NCBI RefSeq assembly: GCF_001194135.2
Contig: NC_068993.1
Location: 62,258,849 to 62,322,848 of the forward strand
Direction of reading: 5' to 3'
Source: Octopus bimaculoides
Lineage: Eukaryota
DNA length: 64,000 nt
Each line of letters opens with the position of its first letter. Positions within the stretch are counted from its first letter, which is position 1. Positions 54,147 to 64,000 of the stretch are shown piece after piece. Below the pieces are notes generated by a model, which ran no database searches, was not told the origin of the DNA, and worked only from the letters and a program-made list of their open reading frames with translations. Position numbers and translations under genes: made by a program.

Positions 54147-55690
54147 CTATATGTAAGGTGTGTTATGAGCATTTATAGGATATAATCCTATACAAACTCA
54201 ACAAAAAGTTGAGAATGGAGAAGAGAAGAGGTTAAAAGTTATATAAAATTGTAATCCATGCATCCGATCGTTTCAAATGACTCCCACAAAACAGACTCCA
54301 CAAAGCAAAAATGTTCTAATTGAAGTCAAATTTATCACACACACACACACACATACACACACACAAACACACGCATGCACGCACGCACACACACACACAT
54401 ACACACACACACACACACACGTCATCGTGTTTGTATGTGTATGTGTGTGTATGCATGCATATTTATGTCCTCATGTTTTAAGTGCATGCGTTTATGTCAT
54501 ATTTTAAGTACATGTATTTACGTCAACAATTATTGACGTCTGCACGTATTTTCCATGGTGTATGTTTACCTCCATGTACATTTATGTACGCATGTTTATG
54601 TACGTGTATTTAGGTTCATGTATTTACATCCATGTCGATTTTAACTCCGTGTCTTTGTGTATGTTTCGCCCACATGATATTTAATCTTTACCTACGCTTA
54701 TGTACGTGCTCATGTGTATTGATGGCCTCTTGTGTGTAATTAGATGTGTTGACGTAAGTGTATTTATGAAAGAGATTTATAACTTTACTTATGGTCAGGT
54801 GCATTTATGTTCGCGGGCAAAATAACAACCGGAATTGTGGAAAATATATAAAGATTTGGACATGCAACATAACAAACTGCACGGGAAAGTGTATGATGAT
54901 TGGTTTTAAGAAAGTATCGAAGCTATATAAATTGCAGAATATTTAGTGTGCTGCTGCTCCTAGCAATTACAATTTATTATAGTTAAAAGCGCGAACGTCT
55001 TAACATCAGCAACAATTCTATGGTTACAAGGAAGATTTGTGTTGACTTCAATTTAAAGAAAAAACAAACAAAAATGTGAAAATATATAAAATATACTACA
55101 GCTAAGAATGAAATATTGAATTGAAATAAGCTATACAAAGCCGCAAATTTTCTTTTCCGAAATTAGGTAGTTTTTCTCGAAGAGACACTCGTTCTTGGTC
55201 AGTTACTAGTTATTCAGATATATCAGTAATACTAGACAAAATTGCTTCTGAATCAAATCACTAATCTTGCAACGATGCTCTTTCATACATATATTCCTGG
55301 TGACAATATTTTGCATTAGTTTCACTGATAATTTCTCAGGTTTTTCTAAGATTTAACCAACCTTTATGGCATGCATCCATTGTGATCTAGCAGTTGCATA
55401 CGAGCAAACATAGTATTTAACTGCAGATTATGTAGATTAAAACGTAGGACTATGTAATTAACGATATTTATGTTTTAGTTAAAACAATTTCAGACATAAC
55501 ACAGAATCCGTTGCTAACAGGAGAAGCGATAATCATAGTCATAGGTCAAAGCTTCCAAGTAATTTGATTGAACAGAATTACCGCCAAAACAATTACGATC
55601 GTATATTCTCGTTAAAGGTAAGGGTTTTCTCTAAATTTAATTTCTGTTCTATAAACTCTGTGTCTTGTTCCCTGTAAAATAGATCAGTTG

Positions 55691-55847
55691 CAAAATTTAT
55701 TGAGAATCCTGATCAAATGAGTTTGGATTTGTTATTTCTCCACACATTACTCACTGGTTGCTGTTAAAATTTAACAGCAACCAGTGAGTAATGTGTGGAG
55801 AAATAACAAATCCAAACTCATTTGATCAGGATTCTCAATAAATTTTG
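55691..55847. repeat. Perfect 157-bp palindrome (78-bp arms, 1-nt centre at 55769)
   Basis: caaaatttattgagaatcc...gctgttaaa A tttaacagc...ggattctcaataaattttg; no mismatch seen. Confidence 0.95.
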
Positions 55848-57122
55848 AGACGTTTCGAAGAAAATTCCCACAGTCCGCAACTTTAATCGGATCCATTCGT
55901 TACTTACCATTTTGTCTATGGGTTGGTTCTTCAATATGTGAATAATCAGTATCTGTGCTATAAAGATTGAAGGCATTGAGCCAATCAGCCATGAAGAAAG
56001 AAAGACTCAGTTGTTTTGCCTTGTTAAATATTGCTCAAAATTAATTGGAAGTGAAAGCCATTGAAAGAAAGAGATTATCTGCGTAGATTTTATTCTTCCG
56101 GTTAAACTAAAGATTTGTAAGATCCTTCCTCGGACTAGCGCTGCTTTTTCATTGTCAGTGTATTTATATTTCAAAGCATAAATGGCCCGTAGCAGCTTTT
56201 CCGAATTTTCTGAATATATACAAATAATATCCTTTCAAATTTTGCCCAATTAATCTTTGAAGTTAGATATGTACGCACATTGATGCCCACGTGTCCACAA
56301 AGACTTAAGTTGACATTGTTCACGTCTGCGTGTATTGATGTTCACATGTATTGAAGCTCAAATGTATTAATGCTCACTTGTATTTAGGCTTACGTGTATT
56401 TGTAATATATTTTTCGATTGTATAAGTATTGCTGCAAATATTGTATTACCACCACATTTTCTATTTAATTGTATATGAAGCTACAACGCGAATTATTTAC
56501 TATTTGCTGTTGCTGAATCCCACAGCGATTCACCCTGAGCTAAGCTATTATCAAAGTTATTTCAGTTTCAGCCACCTACGTCTTTTTTCATATAGAAGAC
56601 TACATAGTCTAAAGTTTCTCTCTTTTGCAAAGAGAGTAGTGTGTGTCTTGAAGAAGATTTCACTGATAATAACCAGGAGATTTGCTTACTGGCTCGAGTA
56701 TTGTTTATTAGTAGCTGTAAGCTCTAAAATATCTGCCAGGGTTGCGTCAACGTAATCACCACTTCATAAGAAATCATAAACTTTCACAGATCTGATGGCA
56801 AAAACGCCGCTTCTTGACATACTAAATCGTTCAGGACAGTTAAGCTCATCTGACCATTATACTCACGAGGCCAAATAAGTTTGAAAAATATTCTGACATC
56901 GTAAGGATCAAATACAATTCAGCTTATATTTCGTTATTCTATGATCGAATTTGATTTCTATATGGAAAGAAGGAAAATGGCATTGGAAATTGAAGATGTT
57001 TGTACGCATTTCTTCGAACGTCAGTAGCAAAGGGAACTAAATCCGATATGAATTAAATAATAGGAGATATGTTATTCCGTCCCATATTTGACAGCCTAAC
57101 ACCTCATTTTCGACATTGTTAT

Positions 57123-57163
<41 letters not shown>

Positions 57164-57775
57164 ATGTTGATTCCTAATGNNNNNNNNNNNNNNNNNNNNN
57201 NNNNNNNNNNNNNNNNNNNNNNNNNNNNNNNNNNNNNNNNNNNNNNNNNNNNNNNNNNNNNNNNNNNNNNNNNNNNNNNNNNNNNNNNNNNNNNNNNNNN
57301 NNNNNNNNNNNNNNNNNNNNNNNNNNNNNNNNNNNNNNNNNNNNNNNNNNNNNNNNNNNNNNNNNNNNNNNNNNNNNNNNNNNNNNNNNNNNNNNNNNNN
57401 NNNNNNNNNNNNNNNNNNNNNNNNNNNNNNNNNNNNNNNNNNNNNNNNNNNNNNNNNNNNNNNNNNNNNNNNNNNNNNNNNNNNNNNNNNNNNNNNNNNN
57501 NNNNNNNNNNNNNNNNNNNNNNNNNNNNNNNNNNNNNNNNNNNNNNNNNNNNNNNNNNNNNNNNNNNNNNNNNNNNNNNNNNNNNNNNNNNNNNNNNNNN
57601 NNNNNNNNNNNNNNNNNNNNNNNNNNNNNNNNNNNNNNNNNNNNNNNNNNNNNNNNNNNNNNNNNNNNNNNNNNNNNNNNNNNNNNNNNNNNNNNNNNNN
57701 NNNNNNNNNNNNNNNNNNNNNNNNNNNNNNNNNNNNNNNNNNNNNNNNNNNNNNNNNNNNNTTCGACATTGTTAT

Positions 57776-57816
<41 letters not shown>

Positions 57817-58207
57817 ATGTTGATTCCTAATGTTTCTATAACATTTAGTTATTCCCAAGACAATAACGGCTTTTAAATGTATTTCAAGATAATAGCAACA
57901 TATATTTACTTCGAATTCTATGGTAATATATAAAAGAAGAGAAGAAAAAAGACAAAAGATAAATATCAGACGTTATATGGGGACTTACTCTGGGAAAAAT
58001 ACTGTTTATATTTTTTTATGGAGCCAAGATTAAATCCCTGTATCAGAGGCTCTACTACTATTCAGGTTTTGAATTCATCAACTGGACGTTGAGAATTGAT
58101 GGCAGGGCTTCATTCTGAATCTTTTGGGAGTATTTTAATAGCGGATTATATGACATTAAGTGATATAAAATTAAAATATATGTGGAGATGGCGGGGACAA
58201 TTTTAGG

Positions 58208-58239
<32 letters not shown>

Positions 58240-58405
58240 CACATGTACATATATTAACATGCATAGATTTATTCCCACATATATACTTATACATATATTT
58301 CTCTCTCTCTCTCTGTGTTTGTCTATCTATCTATCTGTCTGTCTGTCTGTTTGTTTGTTTATCTGTCTGTCTGTGTGTGTCGCTCTCTCTCAATGTATGC
58401 ATATA

Positions 58406-58473
<68 letters not shown>

Positions 58474-58801
58474 NNNNNNNNNNNNNNNNNNNNNNNNNNN
58501 NNNNNNNNNNNNNNNNNNNNNNNNNNNNNNNNNNNNNNNNNNNNNNNNNNNNNNNNNNNNNNNNNNNNNNNNNNNNNNNNNNNNNNNNNNNNNNNNNNNN
58601 NNNNNNNNNNNNNNNNNNNNNNNNNNNNNNNNNNNNNNNNNNNNNNNNNNNNNNNNNNNNNNNNNNNNNNNNNNNNNNNNNNNNNNNNNNNNNNNNNNNN
58701 NNNNNNNNNNNNNNNNNNNNNNNNNNNNNNNNNNNNNNNNNNNNNNNNNNNNNNNNNNNNNNNNNNNNNNNNNNNNNNNNNNNNNNNNNNNNNNNNNNNN
58801 N

Positions 58802-58927
58802 AAAAGAGAGGCTGATAGAAAAAGTACTAGGCTTACAAAGAATAAGTCCTGGAGTCGATTTGCTCGACTAAAGGCGGTGCTCCAGCATGGCCGCAGTCAA
58901 AATGACTGAAACGAATAAAAGAATAGA
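58802..58927 (+). mobile_element. SINE family A, 3' half (5' part in the gap)
   Basis: gtactaggcttacaaagaataagtcctgg...ggcggtgctccagcatggccgcagtc...gactgaaac. Confidence 0.85.
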
Positions 58928-59960
58928 AGAATATACATACATACATACATACATACATTTATATCTATATAAACATATATATATACAGCATAAACTCTCA
59001 GACCTGCTACACGCGCGCGCACATGCACTCACAACACACACACACACACGTATAGACGCATCTGTGTAATCGTTTCGTGAGTAAATGATATTCTTCGTCA
59101 CATTCCCATTTTGCTGTTTATTTTATTTTATGAAATTGGGTGAGATTTGAATTCAGAATTTGAAGAGATGCAATGAAATACTTCAAAGAATTTTGTTCGA
59201 CGCTCTTTCGAATCTGTCAACTCTATTGATCACATTTCCGAGATCGATCAAATAAATACCAATCTTGCAGTCGTATCTATTTAATTAACTATACCGTTAT
59301 CTGGCCTTGAGCCAAAGCTAAAAATCCTTATTGTGTACCGTTACCAACGTATACAGTCATGAAACTGTTAGATTTTGTTTCGTTTGTGTGGAGAAAGTCA
59401 GTTTGATTGATAGTCTGGCTATCACCCGCCTTTGTTATTTCAGAAATTATGTAAGCTACGAAGTTCATATATATTTTATTTTGTCTTTCGATAAATGATT
59501 AATTACTAAATGAAACAATTTTTTAATTTTCGTTCGCCGATAATTTACATTTTTAGCAAGTTATTGTGATATTAATTACACAAACCGGCTCTATTTAACA
59601 TGTCAGGAGTGAGACGACCTCCAGGTTATGAGAAAAATAAAGTGGCTTATACGAAAAACGAAAACAAATGATAGAAATGCAGTCACAAACATTTAGTTAC
59701 GTAGCAAAAAATGTTCATATGTTAATAGTCTAGTAGTTAATAGCAATAATATACATTGAAATAGCCCCCGATATATATAGAAAAAGGTTTGTCAATAAGC
59801 AAAATCTTTTGAGCATCGAAAAATTCTTGGCGACAGTTTGTCCGATGCGTTTCGTTTTTTGTTCACTCCTTATATTACACTGGCTTTAATAATTCTCTAG
59901 CACTGGAGTTATTCATTTCCTCTCCCCCCTCTCTCTCTCCCTCTCTCTCTNNNNNNNNNN

Positions 59961-60007
<47 letters not shown>

Positions 60008-60296
60008 TCTTGCTGTATTTTTCACTGACTCCCTTAATAATTTACACCGCACTGAGACAAGGGGCAGCACTCATAGTGCATTCTTCCTTCTGGAAATGGA
60101 AGAGGATTGTACGGAAGACTACTAACCTCTTCTCATCTAGTATGCTGGAAAAGGTTAACCAAATAAGCAACAAAACATGGTGGCCTTCGATGGAAGGCTT
60201 TTAAAATATGTTTGTTTGCATTCGTCAAATTCTTCCATTATGTAGCAGACTAGGAATAAGTCCAATCCAACATAGCTTTTTCACTAGTTATTGCCT

Positions 60297-60297
<1 letters not shown>

Positions 60298-60367
<70 letters not shown>

Positions 60368-60398
60368 TAATAATGATAATAATAATAATAATAATAAC

Positions 60399-60438
<40 letters not shown>

Positions 60439-60468
60439 TTAATAATAATAATAATAATGATAATAATG

Positions 60469-60518
<50 letters not shown>

Positions 60519-60533
60519 TATAATAATAATAAT
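60298..60533 (+). repeat. Long imperfect (AAT)n microsatellite
   Basis: Directly visible, with GAT/CAA interruptions. Confidence 0.95.
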
Positions 60534-60618
60534 TGCCCTGATGCAGTACCAGGCAGTGGCTCTCATAGCTTCGGACCTTAACTGACTGTAAGTGTTATCA
60601 TGTACTGCTCTCTCGCTC
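60534..60618 (-). mobile_element. Short retroelement-like 3' fragment embedded in an (AAT)n microsatellite
   Basis: 85 bp of unique-complexity sequence with (AAT)n on both sides. On the minus strand it ends ...ggtactgcatcagggca followed by (TTA)n. Confidence 0.5.
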
Positions 60619-60655
60619 AATAATAATAAGTACGCAACAGGTTTGTTACATCTGT

Positions 60656-60790
60656 TTACGTTCAAATTCTGCCTTTCATCCTTTTGAAAGTTGACAAAAT
60701 AAGTACCAGTCGAGTACCAGGGTCAATGTAATCGACTCCCCACTTTCTTCCTAAATTTCAGGCCTTTTGCCTATAGCAGAAAGAATTACT
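60656..60790 (+). mobile_element. SINE family B, internally deleted copy (another degraded plus-strand copy at about 39615-39750)
   Basis: gttcaaattctgcctttcatcc...aataagtaccagt...gggtcaatgtaatcgact...aaatttcaggcctt. Confidence 0.75.
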
Positions 60791-63701
60791 ACTCGAACGG
60801 TCTGTTGCATAAACGTGTTTCACGGTAATCAAATTCCGTCCTCGCTCTTTCAAGTCGAAATCTCACTAAAATCACATTTGCCATTTGTCTTGCCGTGGGA
60901 GAAGAGAATAGGCAACAGTGAGTCACTGGAAGCGATTTAAACGTTTGTTTCGACCAGCAAAATTTATAGTCTTGTAACACTATCAGAAATACTTACCATT
61001 AGTGGTCTTAATAGTAGTCTTACTAGTAGCAGTAGTAGCAGTAATACTCCGTATTCTCTGCAATAAAATCTCTCAAAGCAATCTTCTGTTTCAGAAATCG
61101 ATTGCTCCTATTTTAAATTATTACTTAATCAATATATTTCAACACAATAATTATTATACTAAGCGCTTCCTTTCGCCGTTATACTTTTCCTTCCCCACAA
61201 CCTTTTTTTCAATGCGTCCCGAGCGCTCCATGCGCCCCAAGCGCCCCATGTGCCCCACTCCCGCCGGATTTTTATGTATTTATTATTTTATTTCATTTGT
61301 TATTCCACTTTGATCACAGTTTCTTTATCGATTGGTCTTCGATGATGTAAATGTTTCTTGGTTGTAACTTTACTTCACTGTAGGAATTTTAAGATATGCA
61401 CTACTAACTCTCCCTCTTTTACTCTTGGTCTGCCGCTCATGCTCCATATGCATATACATGTGCAGGCATGCGCACAACAGCACTCACACACACAAACATA
61501 CACGCACATATACACATATATATATATATATAAATGTACAGCTGAGTGTGTGTATGTATGCATGTATGTATGTGTATATATGCGTGTTTATATATTTATA
61601 TATATGTGTGTGTATGTGTGTGTGTGTGTGTGTATGCATATATCGTGGGTGTGTTTGTAAGAGGTTGATAATTCATTCTGTGGCTACGCAGAGCTTCTCG
61701 TTACGTGCGATCGCTCAGGCGAGAAAAAAAGATGAATTTTCCGAATAAAGTCTACAATCTATATTGAATGTGCCTTCCCTTATTTGCATCACTAAAAAGT
61801 GTCTGTATACTTTTAGACCTTCCTTCCTTCCTTCCTTCCTTCCTTCCTCCTACCTACCTACCTACCTACCTACCTACCTACCTACATGCATGCATGCATG
61901 CATACATACATACATACGTATGACTATATGTATATATATTGATTAACATTATCCAAAGATTAAGAAGAGTTCCACAATAAAGAATTTAACAACTGCAAAG
62001 ATGAGATCATGAGGATAATCGTGCAGATTTGAAGCGTAAATACTGAAATCAGGCACTCGTTGTAAACACACACGTACCCCGCCCCACAAAAATAAACATG
62101 TAGAACACTACACATCGTTTGGGTGATGATTTGAAATGCCAGGTATACTTTTTAAAGATGCAATTCTGCATCGCTGTGAAATGTACACTAATTACAACAA
62201 AAATTAATGAGAATCATTTAGCCCTGTCATGTTTTATATAGAACTTACATATACCATAAAATAATAATTTCTCTGTGGAGCGAAGATGGTAACAAGGCTA
62301 GGACTAAAAGCAAGTCAGATGAGTTTTTCTTTCTGTCTACGAAGAGAAAAACACTTCGGTTTACATTCCATTATGAGACCAAACTGCGTATATGAAATAT
62401 ATTTTGTATTTCAAATTATACACAGAAGCTCTTTTCAAACGAACGACTTAGGTGTCGGGAATTTGGTTGCATGCTCAAACGAGTAATTCTGTATGGAACG
62501 TAAGTTTTTCTTGCAAAATGACAATCTTGTATAGTGAAGGGCAAATGGTGTTCACATGTCATAGTGAATATAATCCTTCTTGGAGAAGGATCTCTCAGAA
62601 ATGGAAACTGTTCAACGATACTATTTTGCACAGAAGAAAAAATTATGACATGAAGATGTAGTTTCAGTCATGAACGACTGATAAAAAATGTGTATGTATG
62701 CCTGTATGTATGTGTATATATATTTGTGCGTATTTGTGTGCAATTGTGCGTGTGTACTTGTATTAACCTTGTCGTCCTTGTTTTCGCTGTATCTCTATAA
62801 GGTTTCTTAGTTAAAACCTTGAATACAAAATGAAATTAACGATTTACAGATTTTTGTCTCCCAGTTATTCTTTCTGTCTCTCTCACTCTCTCTCATTCTC
62901 TCACTCTCTTTATCCCTCTCACTGTCACTCTTTCTTTGTCATTTTCTTTTTATTTCTCTTCGTGAGAACCCTTTCTTTTATTTCCTATGGTTTCATGGGC
63001 ATTTTTGCTGGATGTGGATCTTTACCGAAATTGGATTCTGTTCATAATCCCAAAATTCAATTTAAGCAAGGAAGAGCATATAAACCGGATAATCGATAGT
63101 TTCTGTGTTATTATTCGTACTTATTTCATCAACTTAGGAGTAATAAGAATTTAAAGTCGCTACTCTAATTTTACGATCTCAGTACAGAAATACAACAGTA
63201 AATATTTTATACCCCACGTTACCTGTCATGGCAACGTTGTGACTAAAAGCTACGGCTTGAACGATACTTTATGTCAACAAGAAAGTCCAGGCCACTGGAG
63301 GAACTTCTATGTGGTCGTGAACTCTGCTAGAAATACTAACGAAATCTTTTGCAAATTAGATATTTTGTTTTAAAAAGGTGAGGAAGTCCCTGAATGATGT
63401 CATTATTCTGTAATGAGTATATTTATGGCAGCAATGCTACTGATCATAGTTTTAACTAGTATATTATTGGCGCATTTAAAAAAAGCAGTAGTCAATCGGA
63501 TTGACCAAGTATTTTACTGGTACGTTTAAGAATGGTATTGTTGTTATGAAGAGGATAACAGACGGGAAGTTTGTATTCAAAGAGAGAGGAAAAAATTTCT
63601 GTCAGTAGTGCGGCTCGCTTGATGATGAGCCTTATCGCATGCGGCCCGCTTTCCGGAAGAGGTCGCTCATGCCTGCTTCGGAATAAAAGGAATTAATTGA
63701 A

Positions 63702-63905
63702 GGCGTCGAGCAGGCAGAATCGTTAGCACGCCGGGCGAAATGCCTCGTGGTATTTCGTCTGTCTTCGTGTTCTGAGTTCAAAGGTCGACTTAGCCTTTCA
63801 TCCTTTTGGTGTCGATAAATTAAGTACCAGTTGCGTACTGGGGTTGATCTAATCGACTGCTCCCCTCCCCCGAAATTCCGGGCCTTGTGCCTAGAGTAGA
63901 GAAGG
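63702..63905 (+). mobile_element. SINE family B, near full length
   Basis: ggcgtcgagcaggcagaatcgttagcacgccgggcgaaatgc...gttctgagttcaaa...ggccttgtgcctagagtagagaag. Confidence 0.85.
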
Positions 63906-64000
63906 AATAGAGGGAATCAAACAAGAGGCTCGCTCTTCATGTAATTATCTCTTTTAGATCACGTTTTATTTCATTTAGACATTTTATACATGCACGCACA

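Overview
This is an AT-rich, microsatellite-dense eukaryotic genomic window from a gapped short-read scaffold, with about 20 N-gaps that are mostly flanked by (TA)n or (CA)n. The repeat landscape is most consistent with an octopus/coleoid cephalopod genome; this is an inference from repeat families recalled from memory, not a database search. Most ORFs in the supplied track are artefacts of microsatellites or N-runs, and no complete gene is visible. Supported content: (1) a likely 5' end of a minus-strand gene for a secreted or membrane protein, with an 83-bp signal-peptide exon at 16516-16598 and two candidate upstream ATG exons that both join it in phase 2; (2) decayed transposon coding remnants, namely two mariner pieces (one with an intact D,D34D triad), an RLE-type R4/Dong- or NeSL-like non-LTR reverse transcriptase, several Penelope-like RT and endonuclease-region fragments, and an RTE-like 3' end; (3) more than 20 copies of at least three tRNA-derived SINE families; (4) several minimal hammerhead-ribozyme-like motifs of the Penelope-associated type; (5) a 267-bp near-perfect hairpin and a 157-bp perfect palindrome; (6) assembly artefacts, including an Illumina adapter and a duplicated contig overlap across a gap. 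I found no CRISPR array, rRNA or genuine tRNA gene, and no convincingly novel protein-coding system.
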